Shown here: one piece after another, positions 30,209-39,409 of the stretch | Layout: each line of letters opens with the position of its first letter | Position numbering within the stretch: position 1 is the first letter of the stretch | Source of the DNA: a virus | Reading direction: 5' to 3' (one strand) | Length of the DNA: 64,000 nt | IMG/VR virus record: IMGVR_UViG_3300032288_003086 | Coordinates: 60,087 to 124,086 of that record | Translations under genes and position numbers: made by a program | The notes under the pieces: model-generated | Seen by the model: only the letters and a program-made list of their open reading frames with translations | Database searches by the model: none | Told to the model about the DNA's origin: nothing

Positions 30209-30958
30209 TTAATCTAAATATATACGGTCCCAATATGTGTGGACGCCGTCTTCTGTAACTTCTGAAAGAATTACATCCTTATTCCTAAGATGCTCTGGCC
30301 TGGCTCCGCAGGAGATCTCATCATTGGTTTTGAAACTAAGGATATTGGTGTTACCCTTCCTGTAAAGATAACCAATAGCATCTGAACCACTTGCGGTTAT
30401 ACGCTTTATTTTTCCTGTGAGATCCAGATCCATACTAGTGAATTCATTGCCAGACTTCTCAAGCAATGTATCTTTTACGTGTCCCATTAGGATGATCCTT
30501 GGAGCCAATCCACGCACATAGTCAAGCACTTTCATATATGCAGTACGCAACCATTGGTATCCTGCGCCATTGGGCATGTTGGTGATGGTACCATACTTGG
30601 CTTTACCTTGTGTGTACCAGTTCATTCCCATGCTTGACTTGGAATACAGATCCTCAGCATATGTGATACAGAACTCCTCAAGAGCTGTAACTGTATCAAT
30701 GGCTATATACTTGTAAGGATGTCCTGCTTCTTTGATAGCCTTGCCTATGGACTTGAGTGTTTCTATGCTATCCACTTTCATCTTGAGGGCTTCGACATAA
30801 TCAGAGCCATTCTCAAAGTCAAGTATCAAACAGTTCTCCAATCCAGCAAGCAATGTGGTCTTTCCCACTTTGGGTTTACTGAAGATGATAAGTTCCTTAG
30901 GCGACTGGGTAAGTGCCTTGACAGGTTTCATTGGAAGCTCAATTTTCTTTTCTTCCAT
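30209..30958 (-). CDS. AAA_24 / Sak4-like ATPase
   Basis: Walker A SKPKVGKTT, LDFENGS, IAIDTVT, GAGY. Confidence 0.85.
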   Translation of the reverse strand: MEEKKIELPMKPVKALTQSPKELIIFSKPKVGKTTLLAGLENCLILDFENGSDYVEALKMKVDSIETLKSIGKAIKEAGHPYKYIAIDTVTALEEFCITYAEDLYSKSSMGMNWYTQGKAKYGTITNMPNGAGYQWLRTAYMKVLDYVRGLAPRIILMGHVKDTLLEKSGNEFTSMDLDLTGKIKRITASGSDAIGYLYRKGNTNILSFKTNDEISCGARPEHLRNKDVILSEVTEDGVHTYWDRIYLD

Positions 30959-31487
30959 TGTTCTTCTGTATTAAAGTGTTTAACCAATGTTTTGAACTGA
31001 CTGGACGATTTGACAAGATTGCATAGAAATCGCGGATAGTCATGCTAGAGATATTCTGATCTTCCATGGTGTCCTCCTCTTGTTCATATTCAAAGGGAAT
31101 CTCCACTACTGCAGATACTTTTGGTTTTTTCTCTAATCTCTTAAGGTCATCTACAGGTACTACCCATGACTTGGTGCTTCCATGGGTTACTTTGGCATAC
31201 TCACTATTTGCAACCTTAATCTTGTCAAGAATAAAATAGATAGGATCCTGTGACAGGGCTCCAATCTGGTCACAAAAGTTAACATAGTCCTTTCTGTACA
31301 TGACATAGATCAAGTCAGAGGAGAACTCTTCTGTAAAGAGCAACACATGGTCTGGGTTATCCCTATAGACCTTGGGTGCTATCTGTCCATACGAGGCGCT
31401 TACGCCATAATTCTCAGAGAGTTCTTTGATTGCCCTCTCTGCGATTTTGTCCTTGGCGATTTGCCAGGGAGATTTTTGTTTTTTCAT
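30939..31487 (-). CDS. Hypothetical protein
   Basis: 182 aa; C-terminal MTIRDFYAI..PVSSKHWLN motif. Confidence 0.7.
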   Translation of the reverse strand: MKKQKSPWQIAKDKIAERAIKELSENYGVSASYGQIAPKVYRDNPDHVLLFTEEFSSDLIYVMYRKDYVNFCDQIGALSQDPIYFILDKIKVANSEYAKVTHGSTKSWVVPVDDLKRLEKKPKVSAVVEIPFEYEQEEDTMEDQNISSMTIRDFYAILSNRPVSSKHWLNTLIQKNNGRKEN

Positions 31488-31490
31488 AGA

Positions 31491-32423
31491 TTATAGGATT
31501 TGGTGAATCTTGCTTTTGGCAAAATCAGCTTTGAAGAGAGTCAAACATGGCTCACCATTGCGCACCTTTAAGAAATGCACAGCAAGGGTATTGATGTCTA
31601 CTGGGATCTTCTTAGGCCCATATTGCTCTATCCCGTACTTAGCGGGTCTGTTAATACCAATAAGAATATCAGTGAATTGTAAAAGGGCATCTGCCCCGAA
31701 GACATCGCTGTCTTTGACAAAGTTGCCAATACTGGCATTCTTGACCCTGTCAACACTTTCGATCTCCCTGTTTAATTGACTAAGCACGATGAATGCTACG
31801 GGTAACCTGCGCCTGGTCTCAGCGAGCATGTTACCCAGGTTGTATAAGGACTCTATTCTATCTTTCTCACTAGCGCTTCTCTTTATCAATAGGCTGTGAT
31901 CAAGGGTTATAAGCATTGGTTTTTTCTTGACCTCGTAAAAGTCAAAGATTTTATTACGCATTCCTTCGACATCCAGGGGTCTCTCATATGTATAGATCTC
32001 CTTGTGTTTGTTCTCATCGCAATATTTGATTGCAGAGTCCAAATCATCATCTCCAAGTTCACCTCCTACAGATGAAAGCTTTCTTACATTGATTCCTGTA
32101 TGTCCACTAATCTCACGCAGGGCTATGTTGCGGGCAAGCATCTCAAACTGAAAATCCAATACACAGAAATCCTGGTCTGGATTAAGTCTGAATGCTTCTC
32201 TGCTAATCATACTCCCTACAAGTGTCTTCCCACTGCCTGGTCTACCTGCAATCACTGTCAGACTGTTCCACTCAAGTCCATCCATAGACTTCTCATTGAA
32301 CTTCTGCCATGGGGTTTTGATACTCTTTATCTCCCCAGTCTTACGCTTTTTAGCGTAGTTGATTGCCTGGTCATAGGCTTCTGAAATGTGAATAAAACCT
32401 TGTTCTTTTAGACTTTTGGCCAT
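31491..32423 (-). CDS. DnaB-like replicative helicase (C-terminal domain only)
   Basis: AGRPGSGKT, FEM, LDH, LSQLNR, KVRNG. Confidence 0.9.
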   Translation of the reverse strand: MAKSLKEQGFIHISEAYDQAINYAKKRKTGEIKSIKTPWQKFNEKSMDGLEWNSLTVIAGRPGSGKTLVGSMISREAFRLNPDQDFCVLDFQFEMLARNIALREISGHTGINVRKLSSVGGELGDDDLDSAIKYCDENKHKEIYTYERPLDVEGMRNKIFDFYEVKKKPMLITLDHSLLIKRSASEKDRIESLYNLGNMLAETRRRLPVAFIVLSQLNREIESVDRVKNASIGNFVKDSDVFGADALLQFTDILIGINRPAKYGIEQYGPKKIPVDINTLAVHFLKVRNGEPCLTLFKADFAKSKIHQIL

Positions 32424-32460
32424 GGCATAAATATAGATAGAAAATTTAAACTTTCAAAGT

Positions 32461-33195
32461 TTACCATAAAATTATTTCTTTCTTGAACTCAGCAAGTTGA
32501 GCATTCACCTTATTGAATACATCACTACAATCCCATTCATGGAGTCTTTGATAGGCTGCAAAGGCGGGATGGGTAGTGGTACTAACCATGTGATGGTCTC
32601 CTATAATACCATCAAATGACTGGGCTTGTTTACCCATAAGCACCCATACAAGTCCTGACTGTTTGAAGTTGAGCATATCAATGACATATTCTAAGAAAGG
32701 ACGCCATATATCTGTATGTTTACCTGTCTTGGTGACTTCTGTAGTCAGGGCTGTATTAAGAAGGAGTACGCCTTGCTTGGCCCATCTATCCAGATTACAT
32801 TTGGATATATCATCTACCTCCTGTCTTTGCTCTGTAGGTACAGTACTTTCAATAGCCCTAAGCATATATCTAAGGCTGGCTTCTGGCTTTTGGGTATTGC
32901 TACAACTAAATGCCATACCATCAGCTACCCTGGGCTGGGGATAAGGATCTTGACCTATCAGAACTACCTTGACACTGTCCACAGGACATAGTTCAAAGGC
33001 TGTAAAGAGCTGTTTGAGGGCAGGGGTAAACCTGCGTCCAGACTCATTCTCTTGAACCAAGAACTTTACTATATTATCAAAGTCCCCTGATCTAAGGAAG
33101 CCTTTGAGGAAGTCTGCCCAGCCACTAGGACCAAGCTTTTCAATTAATTTTTCGCGGATTTGCTCCGCTGATAATTTTTCTTTAATTTCGCTCAT
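32461..33195 (-). CDS. ung: Uracil-DNA glycosylase family 1
   Basis: VVLIGQDPYP, ADGMAFS, WAKQGVLLLNTALT, HP. Confidence 0.92.
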   Translation of the reverse strand: MSEIKEKLSAEQIREKLIEKLGPSGWADFLKGFLRSGDFDNIVKFLVQENESGRRFTPALKQLFTAFELCPVDSVKVVLIGQDPYPQPRVADGMAFSCSNTQKPEASLRYMLRAIESTVPTEQRQEVDDISKCNLDRWAKQGVLLLNTALTTEVTKTGKHTDIWRPFLEYVIDMLNFKQSGLVWVLMGKQAQSFDGIIGDHHMVSTTTHPAFAAYQRLHEWDCSDVFNKVNAQLAEFKKEIILW

Positions 33196-33217
33196 GTAAA
33201 CTTCTAAAATTTAAATT

Positions 33218-33439
33218 ATGGCAAAGACTTATGTGGACATGTTCAAACTAGGCGCTGAGGTAATAGTCAGTTTTACCAATGAAGATGTCGTTAAACTACA
33301 ATCGATCTTGTTCAAGCATATGAGCAAGCAAAACCAGTTGGATGATGATTCTTGGACCACAATTCTCGATCTTTGTTCCAAAATAGAAGACTGTGCGAAA
33401 ACACAGGGCAAGATGGAATCAAAAGAAATCAAATTCTAA
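33218..33439 (+). CDS. Hypothetical protein
   Basis: 73 aa, TAATG-coupled to next gene. Confidence 0.65.
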   Translation: MAKTYVDMFKLGAEVIVSFTNEDVVKLQSILFKHMSKQNQLDDDSWTTILDLCSKIEDCAKTQGKMESKEIKF

Positions 33440-33786
33440 TGGAACAAGCTAGTACAATTGAGGTAATCAAGCCAGAGGCTGTGATCACCATTAAGTTAAA
33501 TAGAGACTTTTACGTCAGACTTACTATTATCCTACAAGAAATCATAGCAGGTAAGTCTAATGATGAGATGATTGCTGCTGCTAAACAGATTGAAGACAAG
33601 AACATCAGTGAGATGTGGGTTTTCAATTATGAAACCATGCTGTATTTGATTAAAGCCTGCGAGGACTATTGCAAGGAGAATAACCTCATTGAAATACGTG
33701 ATTTAGAGCAATTCAAGGCTGAGTCTGAGCAAAGGCAGCAGGAATACCTAGCTAACTTCCCTAGTCAGGACAGCGCTCCTCAGTAA
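33439..33786 (+). CDS. Hypothetical protein
   Basis: Start moved to MEQAS (TAATG overlap). Confidence 0.65.
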   Translation: MEQASTIEVIKPEAVITIKLNRDFYVRLTIILQEIIAGKSNDEMIAAAKQIEDKNISEMWVFNYETMLYLIKACEDYCKENNLIEIRDLEQFKAESEQRQQEYLANFPSQDSAPQ

Positions 33787-34175
33787 AGAATACACCCTAC
33801 TTCCTCACCTATGAGGATGCAGGCTTCTATGGCCATGGACAGTTGTTCTTTGCTACAATCAGCAAAGCTTTTGACATATTCCAAAGCAGTACCTTCTGAA
33901 TCTTTGGTTTTGACTGTAAGACCAGCTTTTCTCTTAACTTCGAGTTTTACATCTTCAAACTCATTACCTGTGCAATGGGCTAATTCTCTGATAAGAGCAT
34001 GAACTTTGGCAAGCTGTACCAGACTATGGTCATCTTTGATGACTTCATACATCGCATGAACCTTGGTGCCTGGTTTCAGGTGGCTGAGCATGCGCTCATA
34101 CTTATGCTTCTCCTTTTCTGAGCCAGGGGATAGTTTACCCCCTGGTTCCATAGTGTATTCAATTATCGTATACAT
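33780..34175 (-). CDS. NinB/Orf-like protein
   Basis: SLVQLAKVHALIRELA..TG...VK...KSFADCSKEQLS. Confidence 0.55.
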   Translation of the reverse strand: MYTIIEYTMEPGGKLSPGSEKEKHKYERMLSHLKPGTKVHAMYEVIKDDHSLVQLAKVHALIRELAHCTGNEFEDVKLEVKRKAGLTVKTKDSEGTALEYVKSFADCSKEQLSMAIEACILIGEEVGCILY

Positions 34176-35280
34176 ACTTGTATTTTATTTTCTCTTTATC
34201 AAAATCCTGCAGTGCCTTGCGAACCCAGTTCTCATCCACTGTCTTGTTGTACATCAGGATGTGGACTGTAGCTACCTCATCTGGTGAGAGCCTCAGTACC
34301 CTACCTATTCTTTGCGCTGCTTTCCTCTCGTTGCCATAAGCATGCATAATAACAGCATTACGAAGCCCAGGAACATTAACACCCTCATTGAGCTGTAATA
34401 CGCAAGATAGTCTGTCAATAGTTCCATCCTTTAACATTGTTAGATTTGCTTCACTGTTTGGATTCTGGCTGTGGTAGCTGTATTTACATAGCTTTTCAGC
34501 TTGTTCTTGGGTATTGGCAAAGACAATGCATTTGTCTTCCATATTGGACATCAGGTTAACCACATAGTCTTCCTTACTCTTGTAGGTCATCATGCTGCGC
34601 ATCCTGGCAATCCTGAAATACTGATCATCCTTGGGATTGGTGGCATTATGAATTCTCTCTGTCCAATAGTCATAATTGGCTTTTTCGCTGGTCTTAAACT
34701 CCCCTGTCTTGGTTCTGACAAAGAAATCCATCTTAGTGCCTAGGTTTATAGAGTGGATGATAATCCTGTAATCATTAAGTATCCTATCGCCAATAGCATC
34801 ATCAGTAAGGTAGTAATAAGAGATAGGACAGAACTTGCCCACCATTTCCCCCTTTTCGCTGTTTTTAATGCGAGGAGGAGTGCCAGTGAGGCCAACAATT
34901 CTGCCGCGATACATATCAAGCCAATACATGTGAGAATAAAGAAGGCTGTGGCACTCGTCAAGGTAAAGCACATCATAGGACGGCGATTGTTTAGTTAAAG
35001 ATAAGTAAGTTGTGACTACAACCCTGTCTTTAAGGTGAGATAAGCCAAATTTGAACATATCATCAAACCAACTCCCAAATATACTTTTCTTGGGAGCTAC
35101 CACAAGGAATTTGGCATCAGGATTTACCTCCTTCAAATACCAATCCATGTGTTGCAGGCCTATGTAGGTCTTGCCTACACCCATGCTTACAGCTAGGCCA
35201 CATCTGGTCATCTTCTTGGCTATGTCCAAGGCTCTTTGTTGTACAACTTCGCGTTTGGATTCTGTTACTTCTTCTGTCAT
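34159..35280 (-). CDS. Superfamily 2 (DExH/ResIII-like) helicase
   Basis: MGVGKT, LDECH, GLTGT, EGVNVP, QRIGR. Confidence 0.88.
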   Translation of the reverse strand: MTEEVTESKREVVQQRALDIAKKMTRCGLAVSMGVGKTYIGLQHMDWYLKEVNPDAKFLVVAPKKSIFGSWFDDMFKFGLSHLKDRVVVTTYLSLTKQSPSYDVLYLDECHSLLYSHMYWLDMYRGRIVGLTGTPPRIKNSEKGEMVGKFCPISYYYLTDDAIGDRILNDYRIIIHSINLGTKMDFFVRTKTGEFKTSEKANYDYWTERIHNATNPKDDQYFRIARMRSMMTYKSKEDYVVNLMSNMEDKCIVFANTQEQAEKLCKYSYHSQNPNSEANLTMLKDGTIDRLSCVLQLNEGVNVPGLRNAVIMHAYGNERKAAQRIGRVLRLSPDEVATVHILMYNKTVDENWVRKALQDFDKEKIKYKYVYDN

Positions 35281-35291
35281 TTTAATGCGAT

Positions 35292-35906
35292 TTAATACCT
35301 ATAATGTCCAATAATCTTATAGTCAAACAAACAGTCATCAAGCTCTTGTCCTGAACCTATGTTGTGAACTATTTGATAACCCTCATGCTTATGGGATTTG
35401 ATATTGGATACCATACCTGTGTGGGTAGTGCCTCCGCCAAGGGTCCAACAAACAACATCTCCAGGCATATAGTCTTTACCATCTTGAGTAATAGGTAAGG
35501 AAACACCCATTCTAGTGAAGAAAGTCATCAGATTAGGCACTCGTCTGTGATCAATGTTATTGTCAGGCTTTGTCAAACCCCACTTGTTTGGGTAGTCTTC
35601 AAAATTCTGAGACATGTCTTCATGGACTAGCTGTTGAAGGTCTATTCCTACTTTTCTATAGCTTCTGATTACCACATCACTACATACACCTGTGCCAGAT
35701 GGGACATCCCCATTTGGATAATCAATCAGCCTGTATGAAGCGTCATATACTATGTCATTGTCAATAATATCCACTGCTGCATTTGCCAGATCAGAGTGGA
35801 CAGTAGTATCCCTATAACTCATTACATCCCTGCCTGAGATATTCTCACAGGATTGATACAATAAAGGCAGTACTATACTGCCCACAATTAGAATTCTTTT
35901 ATTCAT
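35292..35906 (-). CDS. DUF1287 (YijF-like) lipoprotein, NlpC/P60-like fold
   Basis: YPNGDVP..GVCSDVVIR, D.NIDHRRVPNL, PGDVV.W, HTG, HNIG.G; signal ending YQS-C. Confidence 0.8.
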   Translation of the reverse strand: MNKRILIVGSIVLPLLYQSCENISGRDVMSYRDTTVHSDLANAAVDIIDNDIVYDASYRLIDYPNGDVPSGTGVCSDVVIRSYRKVGIDLQQLVHEDMSQNFEDYPNKWGLTKPDNNIDHRRVPNLMTFFTRMGVSLPITQDGKDYMPGDVVCWTLGGGTTHTGMVSNIKSHKHEGYQIVHNIGSGQELDDCLFDYKIIGHYRY

Positions 35907-36121
35907 TTTTTGTACGTTTCGTTGTAGTATTCTTTTGCTGTTTCATGTTTGTCACCTATTGCTCCATGTGCCCAAGCATCAATCAACTGCTCCTTTTCCA
36001 TCTCAAGGAGTTCCACAGCCTTGTCAATGGCTTCAGCAAAAGATAATGTCTTCATAGGATGCTCCAACATCATCTTGTCACCCCATTCTATCAGAGTCTG
36101 TAGTGCGGTCTTATTTGCCAT
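35903..36121 (-). CDS. KTA..MEKEQ..YYNETY family paralog 1
   Basis: 72 aa; motifs shared with neighbours. Confidence 0.7.
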   Translation of the reverse strand: MANKTALQTLIEWGDKMMLEHPMKTLSFAEAIDKAVELLEMEKEQLIDAWAHGAIGDKHETAKEYYNETYKK

Positions 36122-36268
36122 TTATATCAATGTTATTAGTATTACAATCATAATAGAGGTAATGAAGGTGATTGCGCCTATTTGTATTAAGCCTCTGTTG
36201 TTAATATAAGGTTCATACCATTCTCCACCTTCTCCTTTATTCAGCCATTCAGCAATCTTATTTGCCAT
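36122..36268 (-). CDS. Small membrane protein (MANKIAEW...)
   Basis: 48 aa with C-terminal TM; start moved to 36268. Confidence 0.55.
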   Translation of the reverse strand: MANKIAEWLNKGEGGEWYEPYINNRGLIQIGAITFITSIMIVILITLI

Positions 36269-36500
36269 ATGTTTCGTTGTAGTATTGTTCTGCTTGGTCA
36301 GTAGTCCATTGAGTATGTTGGTACTTATCAAATAATCTTTGCCCTTCAATATGTGCATCTTCTATCTGCTCCTTCTCCATTAGTAGATACACTTCCTCTA
36401 TTATGTCGATTATGTAAGGCATACATTCTTTGTAGGCATCTTTCACTTTGAGCAAGTCAACCAAGGCTTGCATTGCGGTCTGTTTGTTGGTTTGTGTCAT
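36258..36500 (-). CDS. KTA..MEKEQ..YYNETY family paralog 2
   Basis: 80 aa; shared motifs. Confidence 0.7.
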   Translation of the reverse strand: MTQTNKQTAMQALVDLLKVKDAYKECMPYIIDIIEEVYLLMEKEQIEDAHIEGQRLFDKYQHTQWTTDQAEQYYNETYGK

Positions 36501-36733
36501 TTGTTTGTTCTATTAAGTTCTCTTGCTTCATCAAGCAATTTCACTATATGTTTATAATCGTGATGGTTTATTTCACCGATTTCTCCTGCTTTTAATACAT
36601 CATCTTTTGTATAACCCATCTGCTCCTTCTCCATCTGCTTGGCTTGGTCAATTATTGAAGGTGCTAAAAGACCTCCAAAGAAATCTTCTGCATTGTCAAC
36701 CAACCATTCAACTGCGGTCTGTTTCTTTTCCAT
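36497..36733 (-). CDS. KQTAVEWL..MEKEQ family paralog 3
   Basis: Start moved to MEKKQTAVEWL. Confidence 0.68.
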   Translation of the reverse strand: MEKKQTAVEWLVDNAEDFFGGLLAPSIIDQAKQMEKEQMGYTKDDVLKAGEIGEINHHDYKHIVKLLDEARELNRTNK

Positions 36734-36808
36734 TTTCTTTACTATTAGTACCCGTTTTGATACGATTTTATACAATTTGATATGATTAGTACCCATTTGG
36801 GTATAATT

Positions 36809-36841
36809 TATGCGGAGAATAACCCTCGTATTCTCCGCATA
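36809..36841. terminator. Perfect 13-bp intergenic hairpin
   Basis: TATGCGGAGAATA-N7-TATTCTCCGCATA. Confidence 0.5.
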
Positions 36842-36843
36842 TC

Positions 36844-37092
36844 TTAGCGAGTCAACTCTTCTATGTTGATATTATACTCATCAAACATTTCGTTTATATG
36901 ATTGAGTGTGAGTTCAATACCTGGATCGTACTTATCTTGATCATCAAGATTATCTGCGTCTGCATATACTCTACTGCGTAAGTTGAACCTAATGTGCCAA
37001 AGCATCATAGCCATATCAGATGCCTTAACAGCAGCTAAATGTTCCATTCTACCCTCAGGGTCATTCAAATCAAATTCCAATACTGCTTTCAT
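36844..37092 (-). CDS. Hypothetical phage protein (MKAVLEF family)
   Basis: 82 aa with A-rich leader. Confidence 0.7.
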   Translation of the reverse strand: MKAVLEFDLNDPEGRMEHLAAVKASDMAMMLWHIRFNLRSRVYADADNLDDQDKYDPGIELTLNHINEMFDEYNINIEELTR

Positions 37093-37107
37093 GTATAATG
37101 GTTTTAG

Positions 37108-37198
37108 TAGTCAGGACAGGATTCGAACCTGCATTATTGTTGATCCTCTTTTCTAATGTTTTCTTGAGTCAACCGCTTCACCTTTCGGCCACCTGACT
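37108..37198 (-). ncRNA. tRNA-like RNA lacking a canonical anticodon loop
   Basis: Acceptor AGTCAGG/CCTGACT, D arm GCCG/CGGT, T arm GCAGG-TTCGAAT-CCTGT; 17-nt A-rich loop instead of anticodon loop. Confidence 0.7.
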
Positions 37199-37213
37199 GG
37201 TGCTTGGCACACC

Positions 37214-37615
37214 TTAATCATAAAGAGACCACAGAAAGAAATACCTTCCTTGGTCTGATTGTTTCAATTTACACATGAATATAGAACCCTCATCATAGAA
37301 CTTCCAAGTGTATGAGTCAATAATGACATACCTGGAATTATAACGCTCTATGATACCTTGTAATTCACCCTCAGTCTGGGGATTTATAGTAGTGGCAATA
37401 GATTTATTATTTTCATTAAAGAAGTAAACTACAATCAGATCCTCAGCGCGGAAACCCATACTAAGCTTGTCGTCTCCATCACCCCATCTTTTATAGGTCC
37501 AATCTACGCCTGGATACCTATCCTTCACTTCAGAAGGTGTAAACCCAAACAAAGGTTGGGAATTGGATATCAGCGGCAACACCGCCATTGCTAATAATAG
37601 AAGCAGTTTTTTCAT
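37214..37615 (-). CDS. Secreted/periplasmic hypothetical protein
   Basis: Signal peptide MKKLLLLLAMAVLPLISNS-Q. Confidence 0.7.
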   Translation of the reverse strand: MKKLLLLLAMAVLPLISNSQPLFGFTPSEVKDRYPGVDWTYKRWGDGDDKLSMGFRAEDLIVVYFFNENNKSIATTINPQTEGELQGIIERYNSRYVIIDSYTWKFYDEGSIFMCKLKQSDQGRYFFLWSLYD

Positions 37616-37818
37616 GTTTTTTGCTTATGGTATTGTTTCTCGTAATCCAGCTTTCTTTCTAGCTGGTATACCACATCTTCAATAAGAGACAATTCTCTCA
37701 ATACGCGCATGGATGGATTATCCAAGTACTCCTTACGCTTTTTGTCTATATCCTTATTGAACAAGTCAATCAAGGATTCAATGGGCGTTTTAGTTTCTGT
37801 CTTCAAACGCATTGTCAA
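37612..37818 (-). CDS. Hypothetical protein
   Basis: 68 aa, ATGA coupled. Confidence 0.55.
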   Translation of the reverse strand: MTMRLKTETKTPIESLIDLFNKDIDKKRKEYLDNPSMRVLRELSLIEDVVYQLERKLDYEKQYHKQKT

Positions 37819-38041
37819 TGTTCTTCTTTACATGTTTCCAATGTTCCAATCTCTCTATACCTGTATAGTCATGTTGGAAGTTGACCCTGAGTTCCTCTAT
37901 GATCTTGTTGACCACATAGTGTGCATACATCTTGGCCTTACCCATGGATTCTGGGTGTACAGAGCCAGTAAGACCACCTGAAGTATTCAACAACTTCAGG
38001 TAGTCCATGACTATGCGCTCAGCGGTCTCTTTTGGTGTCAT
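37790..38041 (-). CDS. Hypothetical phage protein (MTPKE family)
   Basis: 83 aa, TAATG coupled. Confidence 0.65.
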   Translation of the reverse strand: MTPKETAERIVMDYLKLLNTSGGLTGSVHPESMGKAKMYAHYVVNKIIEELRVNFQHDYTGIERLEHWKHVKKNIDNAFEDRN

Positions 38042-38694
38042 TACAATATGAACAACAATGGTATGATACAGATACCAAATGTAAGAAGGAAAGTACCTGT
38101 GAGATTAGGGGTGCGCTCTTCCTTGTAAACAGTCTTCTTTTCTCCAACCTGGAAGTTGAAGGTGTAATCCTTTGTTGCACCATTTATTATTGTAGGCATA
38201 TAAACACTGAACTGAGTACCTTTCTCAGTACTTTCTGGGAATAAGTCCTTCTGCTCCCATCCTCCTGGAATACTGCTGTACTGTGAATAGTATCCTTCAC
38301 GATAGTATACCTTGTTGCTGGGAACAATAATATCCGTATGCAAGGTATTAGGAGGTATCACACTGGCTGGCATGGATTGGTTGCGGTCAGTGTATTTGAC
38401 ACCACCATGCATAACCCTTTCAGATATACCATTCTGTATGAACAATGTTTCATCCCAAAGGATCTTCATTGTCTTGTCTGTCTTATTACGCATCACAAAA
38501 GAGATATCTTTCTTTCCTATGGTGAATACGGCATTGATCATTGAGTCTACATAACTCAAGGTTGAACTTGTATCTACCACTTGCTTGGTACTGTCAAGCA
38601 TGTTGTAGGAATAAGAACTGTAAGGAACAGTCTGGGTGTTGTAACAACTGGTCAAACTTGTGACCGCAACTGCGATTAAAATGAGTTTTTTCAT
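38041..38694 (-). CDS. Lipoprotein with C-terminal TM
   Basis: Lipobox LTS-C; hydrophobic C-terminus. Confidence 0.72.
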   Translation of the reverse strand: MKKLILIAVAVTSLTSCYNTQTVPYSSYSYNMLDSTKQVVDTSSTLSYVDSMINAVFTIGKKDISFVMRNKTDKTMKILWDETLFIQNGISERVMHGGVKYTDRNQSMPASVIPPNTLHTDIIVPSNKVYYREGYYSQYSSIPGGWEQKDLFPESTEKGTQFSVYMPTIINGATKDYTFNFQVGEKKTVYKEERTPNLTGTFLLTFGICIIPLLFIL

Positions 38695-38709
38695 TGGTTT
38701 TATTTTAAA

Positions 38710-38958
38710 TTATTTCTTTTTAAGAGTGTCTTTTGTAATTATATATACTGTATCATTCACTATGAATCCTACTTGCATGGGTATGGTGTACCCCAAGCTA
38801 TAGGGGTCACCATACATAAATGTCATTTCATCCATGACCTTGTTATAGAATCCAATACGAGTGTCAACCTTGCTTTTAGTGTACCAGAGTATAAAGCATA
38901 GTACGACCACCACCCCTATGAGCCACTTGCTCAGGGTGTCTATTTTGAATTTATCCAT
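38710..38958 (-). CDS. Small membrane protein
   Basis: 82 aa, N-terminal TM. Confidence 0.6.
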   Translation of the reverse strand: MDKFKIDTLSKWLIGVVVVLCFILWYTKSKVDTRIGFYNKVMDEMTFMYGDPYSLGYTIPMQVGFIVNDTVYIITKDTLKKK

Positions 38959-38959
38959 G

Positions 38960-39409
38960 TTAGTCTTTTTTACCTACCAGATTGCCAAACCAGGAGTTCT
39001 TCCAGTCTTCATGCACACCAATTGCTCCCAATGTGGCAAGAATGGTGGTGGTAAACCATACATTACGTGAACGCTTTACCTTCTTGAGTGCCTTGGTATT
39101 ATCCACAGCCAGTTGCATGTTCTGAGCAACTAATGTATCATTGTACTCACGTGTGGAGGCAAGATCCTTTTTGATGGTATTCAATGCGGCGTCTTTCTTG
39201 GCAAGGTCTACATATAATAATGCAAGTTCAGCCTTGGCCTTCTTAAGTTCAATGCGCTCAAGATCGCAGGTATTAAGGTCTGATAGCAATGCTTCCATCA
39301 GATAGTCTGGAACATAAACCAGCGTATCAGTGGTTTGGGCTGTAGCGCTCCTTGAGAAGGTCAGTGATAGACTCACTAGCAGCAGCGTCAATATTTCTCT
39401 TCTGTACAT
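38960..39409 (-). CDS. Exported coiled-coil protein with C-terminal hydrophobic segment
   Basis: Signal peptide, heptad repeats, WFTTTILATLGAIGV. Confidence 0.65.
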   Translation of the reverse strand: MYRREILTLLLVSLSLTFSRSATAQTTDTLVYVPDYLMEALLSDLNTCDLERIELKKAKAELALLYVDLAKKDAALNTIKKDLASTREYNDTLVAQNMQLAVDNTKALKKVKRSRNVWFTTTILATLGAIGVHEDWKNSWFGNLVGKKD

